Sequence record: DRR378314_695
Length of the DNA stretch: 46,692 nt
Strand: one strand, 5' to 3'
Shown here: in pieces, positions 18,474-28,233 of the stretch
Position numbering within the stretch: the stretch's first letter is position 1
Layout: the number at the start of each line of letters is the position of its first letter
Notes under the pieces: generated by a model
Told to the model about the DNA's origin: nothing
Databases searched by the model: none
The model's input: the letters and a program-made list of their open reading frames with translations, nothing else
Translations under genes and position numbers: made by a program

Positions 18474-18743
18474 ATGCTATTGGGGATGATTGAGATACTG
18501 AAGCAAACCTTTATTTTAGGCTGAAGACACCTAGTCAGAACATGACGGTAGCTGCGAGGTCGATTGCAAATCGGATGACTTCTAGTCATCGGTCATAGCA
18601 GGTGGTCACGCACTACCAATCTTTCAGACGACCAAACATGATCTCAATCCGGTTACACCTGAAATAGCGAAGCATGTCGTACTCGATGATTTTATCGGGT
18701 GGCCTACGCCCTATGATACAGGGCTATATTCCCCTACACCTCG

Positions 18744-19077
18744 TTGATTGGCGACTTGAAAGCCGAAGACAAGGAGGTCGAGTGCGTTGTCTTTCTGGAC
18801 CAGTTGGATGCCGTGGAATACTGGATGCGGAATGTAGAGAACAATAAAACTTCTTTCTGGCTCCAGTTACCGCACAAAAAAGTTCTATTCGGATTTTGTA
18901 GCGATGCTCGACGCAGGGCGACTCTTGGTTATCGAATACAAGGGTGCGCATCTCTACGACTCGGAAGAAGCCAAGCGCCAGATAGGCGACGCATGGGCTG
19001 ACACCAGCGGCGGTCAATGTCTGTTCTATATACAGTCCGATCGAGGATTCGAATTTATAGACAGGACAATCGGTTAG
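18744..19077 (+). pseudogene. C-terminal nuclease fragment of a type III restriction (Res) subunit-like protein, frameshifted
   Basis: One frame reads ...VEYWMRNVENNKTSFWLQLP; after the A6 run at 18876-18881 the next frame reads FYSDFVAMLDAGRLLVIEYKGAHL...IGDAWADTSGGQCLF...stop (PD-(D/E)xK-like); helicase part missing. Confidence 0.7.
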
Positions 19078-19105
19078 GGCCGGGTTAGATTCCCTACAGC
19101 CGGGC

Positions 19106-19125
19106 TGCAGTCCCATTGCAGTCCC
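19106..19125. repeat. Tandem direct repeat TGCAGTCCC x2 (arm-type integrase site-like)
   Basis: Exact 9-mers at 19106-19114 and 19117-19125. Confidence 0.5.
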
Positions 19126-19385
19126 GGCGGGAAGCCCGCTGGGAGGATTTTGGGTGATAACCGCAATCGCCTGATTTTAAGGGAAATTATGGTGGTGGAG
19201 GTTCGTCTTGGACACCCCCCCACATTAATCCTCTGTAAAACAAGGGTGCCGCGACCTTCGAGAGGTAGGCAGAAAGGTCAATCGTCGCAGAAGTACCTTG
19301 CCTGTTGAATTCGATCTAAAGAAATTGGTCTTCACCGAGTTGTCCTACGTTGAAGGCCGTCGCAATTGCGGCAAGGGGGAATGAC

Positions 19386-20048
19386 CTACATCGCCTCCAA
19401 GGTATGAGCGAGGCCATTTCGGATGTGATCTTCCAAAAGCTTCTTGGCCGTATCGGCGTCTCTGGTCAACGCAGCGTCGAACATACCCTTGTGCTCCTTG
19501 ACTGCCTCTTCGCCGCGATAGGTCAGCACGAGCATCTGATACCGCAGATACTTATCGTAGATGATTGAGTGCAGAGACAGAAGGTTCTTGGAGTTGCAGG
19601 CCGCAATCATCGCTTGGTGGAACTCCCAATCATACCGTTTCCAAGTCTCTTTCTCGGAATCGTCGCCCTTGAGAAGCTGCTGCTCAATCAAGTGCAGCTT
19701 ATGATGCGCAGCAACCAGGTTTCCTTCCCAATCCGTGTCGCCGCTCGCAATCGACAATTCCAGCGCGTGGCATTCCAGCAGGACGCGCAATTCGGCTATT
19801 TCAGTCAAATCTTCGCGAGAGACCGGAGTGACCAGGAAACCCCGTTGTTCCGGCGCTTCGACAAACCCGTCGCTGGCAAGCCTGTTGAGGGTTTCACGAA
19901 GTGTCGAAAGACTTGCCGAGTAGCGCTCTTTCAATGCGTCCAGCTTCAGTTTGGAGCCGGGCTGCAACTCTCCAAAGATGATATCTCGTTTGATGCGCTG
20001 ATAGGTGCTTGCACCTATTGTAGACGGCTGTTTCGCCATGCTTTTCAC
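19386..20048 (-). CDS. GntR/FCD family regulator (resembles 11409-12074)
   Basis: GELQPGSKLKL, TLRETL, EQRGF, DWEFH, YLRYQ, EHKGM; alternative ATG at 20039. Confidence 0.9.
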   Translation of the reverse strand: MKSMAKQPSTIGASTYQRIKRDIIFGELQPGSKLKLDALKERYSASLSTLRETLNRLASDGFVEAPEQRGFLVTPVSREDLTEIAELRVLLECHALELSIASGDTDWEGNLVAAHHKLHLIEQQLLKGDDSEKETWKRYDWEFHQAMIAACNSKNLLSLHSIIYDKYLRYQMLVLTYRGEEAVKEHKGMFDAALTRDADTAKKLLEDHIRNGLAHTLEAM

Positions 20049-20248
20049 CCGATATTTTTAGATTCCTCCTTCAGGTACCATTTTTAGGAGTTATCAGCAA
20101 TCCAATGTGATGTATGGTAGAAATAAAAATATCATACATTATTGCGGAATCGTAAAAACAACAATACGGTCGTGGCCAAGTTGAGCAATACAGCTCGGTC
20201 GCAAACACAGGTTTCGGTATTTTTCCGGATCCTCCGGAAGGAAGTAGA

Positions 20249-21331
20249 GTGTCTAAGAACTTTCGCGTTGCCATAGTCGGCATTGGCCTTGTTGGACGCC
20301 GCCACGCAGACGCAATTCGAGCGTTGCGTCATGTCGATCTTGTGGCGGTCGTCGATCCCAGTGACGAAGGCCGCGCATATGCCGATGAGCATGGGGTTGA
20401 GTGTTACGAGACCCTCGAGGAGATGTTTGCAAACCAATCGCCGGATGGCGCTGTGCTTGCGACCCCGACGACACTTCATGTAGAACAAGGCCTTACGTGT
20501 GTTCGACACGGTTGCCCCGTTCTTGTCGAAAAGCCAATTGCTGTGGAAGCCATTGCAGCCCTGGAGCTTGTTCAGCAGGCCGAGAAGGCAAATGTGCCGC
20601 TCATGGTTGGGCATCATCGTCGACACAATCCCCTGATCAAGTCAGCCAAAGAAGCGATTGCAAGCGGGAAGATCGGTGACGTCCGAGCAGTCCATGCGAA
20701 CTGTTGGTTTTATAAGCCCGACGAGTATTTTGATGCCGCTCCCTGGCGAAAGAAACCAGGGGCAGGTCCCATCTCGGTCAATCTGGTTCATGACGTTGAT
20801 CTTTTAAGGCATCTGGCCGGAGAGGTCATAACCGTCCAGGCACAATCTGCTGTTTCACAGCGCGGTTATGACAACGAAGATGTTGCCGGAGCGCTGTTGA
20901 CATTCGAAGGCGGAGCGATTGGCACCATAAGTGTTTCTGACAGCATCGTTGCTCCGTGGAGCTGGGAGATGACATCTCAGGAATATCCAATTTACCCGTC
21001 CACCACCGAAAGCAGCTACATGATTGGGGGCTCACATGGGTCGTTGTCTGTCCCGGATCTCCGACTATGGAGCTACCAGGGCGGGCAAAGGGACTGGTGG
21101 ACGTCAATCTCGTCAACGGCGCTGAAGAAAGGTGCATCTGACCCGTTGGTCAATCAGCTCAGGCACTTTGTTGAAGTTGCTCGGCATGAAGCAGATCCGA
21201 TCGTGTCCGGATGGGAAGGCTTTAGAACACTTCAAGTTATTGAAGCCATACAGAATTCCTGCAGAACTGGCGAGGTGATCAGGATCGAATCCTTTCAAAA
21301 GTCACCTATGGCAAATGTACCGGTGGCATAA
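20249..21331 (+). CDS. Gfo/Idh/MocA family NAD(P)-dependent oxidoreductase
   Basis: GIGLVGRRH, ATPTTLH, VEKP, GHHRRHNP, NLVHDVD. Confidence 0.9.
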   Translation: MSKNFRVAIVGIGLVGRRHADAIRALRHVDLVAVVDPSDEGRAYADEHGVECYETLEEMFANQSPDGAVLATPTTLHVEQGLTCVRHGCPVLVEKPIAVEAIAALELVQQAEKANVPLMVGHHRRHNPLIKSAKEAIASGKIGDVRAVHANCWFYKPDEYFDAAPWRKKPGAGPISVNLVHDVDLLRHLAGEVITVQAQSAVSQRGYDNEDVAGALLTFEGGAIGTISVSDSIVAPWSWEMTSQEYPIYPSTTESSYMIGGSHGSLSVPDLRLWSYQGGQRDWWTSISSTALKKGASDPLVNQLRHFVEVARHEADPIVSGWEGFRTLQVIEAIQNSCRTGEVIRIESFQKSPMANVPVA

Positions 21332-21346
21332 AATATCAGATATTTT
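21330..21346. promoter_or_regulatory. Candidate GntR operator upstream of the third TRAP operon
   Basis: Palindrome AAAATATC-A-GATATTTT, repeated exactly at 30166-30182. Confidence 0.7.
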
Positions 21347-21431
21347 GTAAAACATCTTGCAAAATGTCCAAAATAGGTCAAAACTTGGAATCGTCAAAAA
21401 GAAGCATCATGATGTCTCAGGGAGGAGCAAA

Positions 21432-22442
21432 GTGATTACCAAACTTACCCGCCGGGCTGCTGTGTCAGCCCTGGTCGCAACCGGTGTCCTGTTTAGCGCA
21501 ACAAGTGGTGCGCTGGCGGAAGACAAAGTGCAACTACGACTCGCAACGTCAGGATCGGAGACAGATCAGCGTTCGGTCGCTTTGGCCGAGGTTTTCGCTC
21601 CGATGGTTGCCGATTTCGCAAGTTATGAGCCCAGCTATAACGGCACCATCTTCGCCCAAGGCACCGAGCTGGACGCCATCAGCCGAGGTAACCTGGAAAT
21701 GTCGATTACTTCGGCGCAAGAACTGGCTCAGTTCTTCCCCGAATTTTCGATCTTTACAGCCGGTTATGTCCACCAGGACGCCGCGCATCAGGTTGCCGTC
21801 TTCAACGATCCATTGATGGATACCTTCAAGCAAAAGGCCGAAGAAGAATTGGGCGTCAAACTGCTGTCTGTCATGTATCTGGGCCGCCGCCAGGTGAATT
21901 TGCGCCAGCCCAAGGATGAGCTGACAGTTTCTACGCCCGCGGACCTGGAAGGCGTGAACCTACGGATGCCGGGCACTGATGCGTGGCAGTTCCTCGGTAA
22001 AGCACTGGGCGCAGCCCCGACACCAATGGCCTTCTCAGAGGTTTATACAGCTCTGTCGACCGGTGCCGTTGACGGTCAGGACAACCCGCTGCCGACCGTG
22101 GTGGATGCCAAGTTTTATGAAGTGACAAATCAGATCGTTCTAACGTCGCATCTGGTGGACCTTAACTATATCGCCATTGGCAAAGAGGTTTGGGACGGGC
22201 TGACGCCAGAGCAGCAAGAAAAGGTTCAAGCCGCAGCTGATGCAGCGGCGGAATCGGGTCGCCAGAAACAGTTGCAGAAAGAAGAGGACCTCGTCAGCTT
22301 CCTCAAGGAGCAAGGCATGGAAGTCTACGAGCCCGATCTCGCGGCTTTCCGCGATCAAGTACAATCCATGTATCTTGATAGCGAATTCGCCGGTTCCTGG
22401 CCGGACGGTGTGCTGGAACAGATCAACGCTCTGGGCAACTGA
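21432..22442 (+). CDS. dctP: TRAP transporter substrate-binding protein
   Basis: GGAGGAG RBS plus GTG; signal peptide; LRMPG, PTPMAFSEVYTALSTGAVDGQDNP, KFYEV. Confidence 0.92.
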   Translation: MITKLTRRAAVSALVATGVLFSATSGALAEDKVQLRLATSGSETDQRSVALAEVFAPMVADFASYEPSYNGTIFAQGTELDAISRGNLEMSITSAQELAQFFPEFSIFTAGYVHQDAAHQVAVFNDPLMDTFKQKAEEELGVKLLSVMYLGRRQVNLRQPKDELTVSTPADLEGVNLRMPGTDAWQFLGKALGAAPTPMAFSEVYTALSTGAVDGQDNPLPTVVDAKFYEVTNQIVLTSHLVDLNYIAIGKEVWDGLTPEQQEKVQAAADAAAESGRQKQLQKEEDLVSFLKEQGMEVYEPDLAAFRDQVQSMYLDSEFAGSWPDGVLEQINALGN

Positions 22443-22472
22443 GTTCTGTAAAACTAGGGAGGGAGAACCGCA

Positions 22473-23048
22473 ATGAAAGCCTTTATCAAGGGGTTCTCCC
22501 GACTGACCGAAGCGATTGCCGGCGGGATGCTGGCGGCAATCTTCCTGATTTTCCTTCTGCAAATTCTCCTGCGGTACTTCTTTACGCCCGCTGGTTGGAC
22601 GCTTGAACTGATCGGCATCCTTTGGGTCTGGGTGATCTTCTTCAGTTGCGCCTTCATCGTGCGCGAGAGGGATCATGTGAAGTTTGACATCATCTACCTT
22701 TCGGTTCCGATGCGCGTACGTCAGGTCTTTGCGATGTTGGCGGCTGCGGCGATCGTGGTTGGAATGCTCTACAGCTTCCTGCCGACGTGGGACTACATCG
22801 ACTGGATGAAAATCCGCAAAACAGCGACCGTCCGCAATCCCTTCTCGGGTGAGAAGATACCACTGCGCACCGTGTTTTCGATCTATGCCGTGTTCATGTT
22901 GGTTGTCGCCGCGCGGTATGCATGGCTGTTCTTTGACATCATGCGCAACGGCCCACCAAAAACCGAACTTGAAATGGTCGTGGGATATAACGTGGTTGAC
23001 GATCATCCCCGAGTCGACGGTGAAGACGACGAGGACGCAAGCAAATGA
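22473..23048 (+). CDS. dctQ: TRAP transporter small permease
   Basis: QILLRY, WTLEL, HVKFDI; 4 TM segments. Confidence 0.9.
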   Translation: MKAFIKGFSRLTEAIAGGMLAAIFLIFLLQILLRYFFTPAGWTLELIGILWVWVIFFSCAFIVRERDHVKFDIIYLSVPMRVRQVFAMLAAAAIVVGMLYSFLPTWDYIDWMKIRKTATVRNPFSGEKIPLRTVFSIYAVFMLVVAARYAWLFFDIMRNGPPKTELEMVVGYNVVDDHPRVDGEDDEDASK

Positions 23049-24340
23049 GTTTTGAACTTCTTTCCTGCCTGCTCGCACTTTTTCTTCTGGCAGGTATCGG
23101 CACGCCTATCGGCTATTCTATCCTCTTGGCCTCTTTGGTGTATTTGGGCACCGCCGGATTGGACGTCGCTCTCGCGGGTGAAAAGATCCTGCAAGGCTTC
23201 TATAAAAGCACGATCCTGCTTGCCGTGCCTCTGTTCATCGTCGCAGCCAATATCATGAACGCTGGGTCGATCACGGACCGTCTGCTAAACTTCTGCGTCG
23301 CTGCTGTCGGTCGTTTCAAAGGCGGTCTTGGGCATGTAAACGTGGTAGCATCTCTGATCTTTTCGGGTATGTCCGGCTCGGCTGTCGCGGATGCCGCGGG
23401 GATCGGCAAAATCATCATTGAGATGATGACCAAGGATGGCCGCTATAGCCGTGGATATGCTGCAGCGATCACAGCGGCTTCGGCTACGATCGGTCCGATT
23501 ATACCGCCCTCGATCCCAATGGTCCTTTATGCGCTCGTTTCCAAGGCCTCCATCGGGTCTCTGTTCCTGGCCGGTATTCTGCCGGGCCTGATCATGGGCG
23601 TCGTCCTCATGGCGATGAACTACTATCTGGCCGGAAAACGGAACTTTGCGCTGGAAGAACCTGTTCCGCTGCGCGAGTTGCCCGCAAAAACCGCCAACGC
23701 GTTTCCAGCATTGCTGATGCCCGCAATCCTGCTCTACGGCATCTATGGCGGTGTCACCACTCCGACCGAGGCCGCCGCAGTTGCTGCTTTCTACGCGTTA
23801 CTATTGGCGGCGTTGTTCTACCGGGCACTGACCTTCCGTGGTCTTTATCAGGTGTTCGTCGATAGTGCCCGTTCGTCTGCGGCCGTGGGGGTGGTTATCG
23901 GTGGCGCGTTTATTCTGAACTTCATCGTAATCCAAGAACAGATTCCGCAGTCGATCTCGGCTCTGCTAGAAGGCTCAGATGTCAGCCCAATTGTCTTCCT
24001 GATCCTCGTCAATCTGCTGATCCTCGCGCTGGGATGCGTATTGGACGCAACGACGATCATTCTAGTGATTGTGCCCCTATTTATTCCCACCTGCGAAGCG
24101 CTCGGGATCGATCTGGTGCATTTCGGGGTTCTGGTCGTCGTGAACTCGATGATCGGCCTGATCACGCCGCCCTATGGCATTCTCCTCTTTGTGATCAACG
24201 CCGTAACGGACATTCCGCTGCGTGAAATCATCTCGGAAATTTGGGCCTTCCTCGCGGTGCTCATCTTCGCCTTGGTGATCATGATGCTGATGCCCGATCT
24301 AGTCCTTTGGTTGCCGCGTATGTTTGGGTATCAGGGATAA
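23045..24340 (+). CDS. dctM: TRAP transporter large permease
   Basis: LLAVPLF, GMSGSAVADAAG, GPIIPPSIP, TPTEAA, ITPPYG. Confidence 0.93.
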   Translation: MSFELLSCLLALFLLAGIGTPIGYSILLASLVYLGTAGLDVALAGEKILQGFYKSTILLAVPLFIVAANIMNAGSITDRLLNFCVAAVGRFKGGLGHVNVVASLIFSGMSGSAVADAAGIGKIIIEMMTKDGRYSRGYAAAITAASATIGPIIPPSIPMVLYALVSKASIGSLFLAGILPGLIMGVVLMAMNYYLAGKRNFALEEPVPLRELPAKTANAFPALLMPAILLYGIYGGVTTPTEAAAVAAFYALLLAALFYRALTFRGLYQVFVDSARSSAAVGVVIGGAFILNFIVIQEQIPQSISALLEGSDVSPIVFLILVNLLILALGCVLDATTIILVIVPLFIPTCEALGIDLVHFGVLVVVNSMIGLITPPYGILLFVINAVTDIPLREIISEIWAFLAVLIFALVIMMLMPDLVLWLPRMFGYQG

Positions 24341-26232
24341 TGTGCCTGTCAGTTTCGACAACGTCGATCCCCGGCGATCTGGCTGAGAAACTTAGTGCTA
24401 TCGCTGACGCAGGATTCGGAGGCGTCGAATTACACGAACCGGATTTGACCGCTTTTGACGAACCGCCATCGCAAGTCCGCGAAATTGCATCGGACCTCGG
24501 CCTGAAGATTTGCCTGCTACAATCCTTCCAAAACCTTGAAGGCCAGGCCGACGCCGGACGGGAGCGCGCCTTTGATCGGCTGAAGCGCAAACTCGACCTG
24601 ATGAGCGAGTTGGGTACGGATCTGCTGCTAATCGGGTCTGCCTTCGAGGTCGATGCCACTGCTACCGAAGAACAGGTAATCGCAGACCTGGGCGAGGCGG
24701 CCAAAATCGCGAAAGAGATGGGGCTGCGTCTGGCCTATGTGGGTTTGCCCTGGTCGGATCTTATTCACTCGGATGAGCAGGCGTTACGCGTCGTTGAAAC
24801 CATCGACAGCCCTCATCTGGGGTTGGCGTTGAACTCATTCTTCGCGCTTGCCGACGGGTCCAAACCCGCCCGCCTTCGGGACATTCCCGGAGAGCGGCTA
24901 TTCCATGTGCAACTGTCCGATGCACCCCGGCTTGAGATGGACATACGTCGGCTCAAACGTCACTTTGGGCTTCTACCAGGGCTTGGGTCGCTGAACCTTG
25001 CTGGCTTCGTACGGGTGTTGTCCCGCGCCGGGTACAAGGGGCCTTGGTCCATTGCGCGCGTCAACGAAGCAGCTCCTCAACCCGGTGGCCGAACACTGGC
25101 CCGAGACAGCTACAGGTCGCTGGTGAACCTCCTGGATGAGGTGTCCCGGACCGAGCCGGGAACCGATTTCGGCATCCCGGACCTGCCGGAACGCGTCTAT
25201 GCGTCAGGCTTTGAGTTCGTCGAATTTACAGCCGACGAAACAAGCGGCGCGCAGCTGGCAGACATGCTCTCGGCCATGTGTTTTCGAATGGAGCGAAAGC
25301 ATGTGAGCAAGTCCGTCGAGTTGTGGCGGCAGGGCGCGATAAACATCGTGGTGAATACTGAAAAGGAAGGCTTTGCCCATTCGGCGTTCCTGGGCCACGG
25401 TCCTTCGGTCTGCGACATGGGGTTGCGCGTCAGGGATGCGGATCAAACGGTTCAGCGCGCGACTGCGTTGGGCGCGCCGAATTTCTCTCAGCCAGTGGGA
25501 ACAGGGGAACTGGACATCCCGGCCATCCGAGGCGTCGGTGGCAATGTTGTCCATTTTATCGACGAGAAATCCGATCTGCACCGAGTCTGGGACATCGAGT
25601 TCGAGCCGGTTGCGAAAACCAAAGCTACCCAACCAGCCGGTCTTCGCCGTATCGACCATCTGGCACAGACGATGCGTCATGATGAGATGCAAAGCTGGCT
25701 GCTCTACTACATTTCGACTTTCGAGATGGCAAAATCCCCTATCGTGAACGTCGCCGACCCGTCCGGTGTCGTGCAAAGCCAGGCTATTGAAAGTCCCGAA
25801 GGGGAAGTGCGCTTAAACCTGAACGGGGCAGTTGGGCGCCGAACTCTGGCAGCGTCATTCCTTGAAGATGGTTTTGGGGCCGGTGTTCAGCACATCGCCT
25901 TTCAGTCGGACGACATATTTGAAACTTCAGACCAATTGCGCAAATCCGGCTTTCCCAGCCTGTCCATCCCTGAAAACTACTACGCTGATCTGCAAGCGAC
26001 TTTCGGATTGGATGACGATTTGATCGCCCAGCTGCGCCGAGGCAACATTCTCTACGATCGGGCAGCGGGTGCCGAGTATTTTCAGATATACAGCCGCCCC
26101 ATCTTCAACGGGTTCTTCTTCGAAATTGTTGAACGCCGCATGGGCTATGCCGGTTATGGCGCGCGGAACGCGCCCATTCGCCTTGCCGCGCAAAGCAAAA
26201 ATCAGACGGTGAAAGAGGTGCAGACTCAATGA
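24340..26232 (+). CDS. QuiC1-like fusion (xylose-isomerase-like TIM barrel + HPPD-like VOC domain); N-terminal active site appears degenerate
   Basis: TAATG overlap with dctM; AGFGGVEL, VQLSDAP; C-domain FEFVEF, LWRQGAI, RIDHLAQ, GVQHIAF, NILYDR, FFFEIVERR, GYGARNAPIRLAAQ. Confidence 0.88.
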   Translation: MCLSVSTTSIPGDLAEKLSAIADAGFGGVELHEPDLTAFDEPPSQVREIASDLGLKICLLQSFQNLEGQADAGRERAFDRLKRKLDLMSELGTDLLLIGSAFEVDATATEEQVIADLGEAAKIAKEMGLRLAYVGLPWSDLIHSDEQALRVVETIDSPHLGLALNSFFALADGSKPARLRDIPGERLFHVQLSDAPRLEMDIRRLKRHFGLLPGLGSLNLAGFVRVLSRAGYKGPWSIARVNEAAPQPGGRTLARDSYRSLVNLLDEVSRTEPGTDFGIPDLPERVYASGFEFVEFTADETSGAQLADMLSAMCFRMERKHVSKSVELWRQGAINIVVNTEKEGFAHSAFLGHGPSVCDMGLRVRDADQTVQRATALGAPNFSQPVGTGELDIPAIRGVGGNVVHFIDEKSDLHRVWDIEFEPVAKTKATQPAGLRRIDHLAQTMRHDEMQSWLLYYISTFEMAKSPIVNVADPSGVVQSQAIESPEGEVRLNLNGAVGRRTLAASFLEDGFGAGVQHIAFQSDDIFETSDQLRKSGFPSLSIPENYYADLQATFGLDDDLIAQLRRGNILYDRAAGAEYFQIYSRPIFNGFFFEIVERRMGYAGYGARNAPIRLAAQSKNQTVKEVQTQ

Positions 26233-27056
26233 CCGCGCAGATGACAAGCGATGAGCGCGCCGTTCGCCAATGGTGGCGTACCTCCATCATCGACATGAAA
26301 CCCGGACAGATCGCTTTTCGCGGCAACGCCATAGAGGACCTGATCGGGAACGTATCTTTCCCGCAGATGATCTGGTTGATGGTGCGGGGCGATCTGCCCA
26401 GCGACGCGCAAGCGCGCCTGTTCGAAGCCGCTTTGGTCGCAGGCGTGGATCACGGCCCACAGGCTCCCTCAATCGCGGCGGCGCGTATGGCTGCGACCTG
26501 CGGGGTTGGCCTCAACAACGCGATGGCGACTGCAGTGAACATGCTGGGCGATGTGCATGGCGGGGCAGGGGAGCAGTGTGCAGAGCTGTACTATGATATC
26601 GCGGTTCGCACGGATGCGGGAGCTTCGCTGAACGACGCTGTTCGGGATGGTCTGGACAGCTGGCGCGAGACCTACGGCAAGATCGTCTCGGGCTTTGGCC
26701 ACAGGTTTCACAAACCCGTCGACCCGCGCGCACCCCGATTGATGCAACTGGTTCGAGAAGCCGCGAATGATGGCACCGTTTCCGGCCGCTATGCCGATAT
26801 CGGAGAAGAAGTTCAAGCCGAACTCGGTCGCCAACGCGGCGGTCGGCCAATTGCCATGAATATCGACGGCGCAACAGCTGTGATCTTCTGCGAACTTGGC
26901 TTTCCTGCGCCCTTGTCACGCGGGCTGTTCTGCCTGTCCCGCTCGGTCGGTATTCTGGCCCACGCTTGGGAGCAGATGAACCAGGGTGGCCGCAACAAAG
27001 GGCCGATGCCCCCGAATTACTTACCCCTCTACGAAGACAGGAATGATGACACGTGA
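26229..27056 (+). CDS. Citryl-CoA lyase-like protein (short citrate synthase family)
   Basis: DHG, APS, VHGGAG, GFGHRFH, DPRA, NIDG, SRSVGILAH; 275 aa. Confidence 0.85.
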   Translation: MTAQMTSDERAVRQWWRTSIIDMKPGQIAFRGNAIEDLIGNVSFPQMIWLMVRGDLPSDAQARLFEAALVAGVDHGPQAPSIAAARMAATCGVGLNNAMATAVNMLGDVHGGAGEQCAELYYDIAVRTDAGASLNDAVRDGLDSWRETYGKIVSGFGHRFHKPVDPRAPRLMQLVREAANDGTVSGRYADIGEEVQAELGRQRGGRPIAMNIDGATAVIFCELGFPAPLSRGLFCLSRSVGILAHAWEQMNQGGRNKGPMPPNYLPLYEDRNDDT

Positions 27057-28233
27057 GACATCGAAATCCTTCCGGGTCGGCCTTATCGGCTGTGGTCGTA
27101 TCAGCGATATCTATCTAAAAACACTATCCAAATTTTCGAGCGTCGAGGTCGTGGCTTGCGCAAGCCTTGATCCTTCGGAAAGCCGCGCCAAGGCGGATCA
27201 ATATGGCATCGTCAAAGCCTGCGCACCAGATGAGGTGTTTGACGATCCGACGATTGACTGCGTTCTGAACCTGACAATTCCGGCGGCGCATGCCGAAATC
27301 AGCCTGCGTGCGTTAGAGGCGGGCAAGCACGTCTATTCCGAAAAGCCGCTGGTTATGAATCGAACTGATGGTAAGGCGATCCTGTATACTGCCACTGAAA
27401 AGGGGCTACTGATCGGTTGCGCACCCGACACGTTTCTGGGCGGTCGTTGGCAGACCGTTCGGCGCTTGATCGACGAGGGTGCTATCGGGAAGCCGACAGG
27501 CGTTTTTGCCCATGTCGGGACCCACGGGACGGAGCGCCACCATCCCAACCCGGATTTCTACTACCAGGCCGGTGGCGGGCCCTTGCTGGACCTTGGCCCC
27601 TATTACTTGACCGCCATGATTTTCTGCCTTGGGCAAATTGACCGGGTCGCCGGAATGGCTCGGCGCACGTTCGACAAAAGGATGATCGAAAACGGTCCTC
27701 GCAACGGCGAATGGATGGATGTCGAGGTCGACACTCACTCCCTAAGCCTGCTTCAGTTCTCATCCGGAGCTATAGGGTCGATGACCATGAGCTTCGACGT
27801 CTGGGACAGCGAAACTCCGCGGTTCGAGATCTACGGTGAAAACGGCACCATCAGCATCCCTGACCCTGACCCGGTTCATGGAGCTAACATCTTTCAGGGG
27901 GATGTCTGGTTGAAAACGCGGGACACCTCACGCTGGTCTTATCAACCTCGTCCAACCGGTCGCGAAGACTGGCAGGTGATAGACAACAAACACGGGTTCA
28001 ATGAAGACAGCCGCGGGCTCGGCCTTTTGGATCTGGCTCTGGCGGCACAAGAAGGACGCCAACCGCGTGCAAGTGGAGCGCTTGCCTACCACGTTTTCGA
28101 GGTCATGGACGCAATCGAGCGGGCGCCGAAATTCGGCGCCTATCAGACGATAGAAAGCCGTTGCGCGGCTCCGGAGCCTCTGCCGGTCGATTTCCTATTT
28201 AATGAGAGGAAGGAGTTGGTCCATGCCGATTGA
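27043..28233 (+). CDS. Gfo/Idh/MocA family oxidoreductase
   Basis: GCGRIS, NLTIPAAH, GKHVYSEKP, GCAPDTFLG, HPNPDFYY, GGPLLDLGPYY. Confidence 0.9.
   Translation: MMTRETSKSFRVGLIGCGRISDIYLKTLSKFSSVEVVACASLDPSESRAKADQYGIVKACAPDEVFDDPTIDCVLNLTIPAAHAEISLRALEAGKHVYSEKPLVMNRTDGKAILYTATEKGLLIGCAPDTFLGGRWQTVRRLIDEGAIGKPTGVFAHVGTHGTERHHPNPDFYYQAGGGPLLDLGPYYLTAMIFCLGQIDRVAGMARRTFDKRMIENGPRNGEWMDVEVDTHSLSLLQFSSGAIGSMTMSFDVWDSETPRFEIYGENGTISIPDPDPVHGANIFQGDVWLKTRDTSRWSYQPRPTGREDWQVIDNKHGFNEDSRGLGLLDLALAAQEGRQPRASGALAYHVFEVMDAIERAPKFGAYQTIESRCAAPEPLPVDFLFNERKELVHAD

Noticed and set aside
18876-18881. Phase-variable or programmed frameshift at A6
   Set aside because: The tract is short and the gene lacks its N-terminal majority, so decay is the simpler explanation
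19189-19225. tRNA gene at TGGTGGTGGAGG...
   Set aside because: No cloverleaf or T-loop consensus can be built; kept only as an att-like hint
21432-22442. Sialic-acid-specific SiaP
   Set aside because: No nan catabolic genes in the window; ligand cannot be read from sequence
22140-23078. 312-aa minus-strand ORF
   Set aside because: Antisense shadow of dctP/dctQ with no motifs
24340-26232. Calling this hppD or an active quiC
   Set aside because: The two-domain layout is QuiC1-like rather than HppD, and the dehydratase ligands appear substituted
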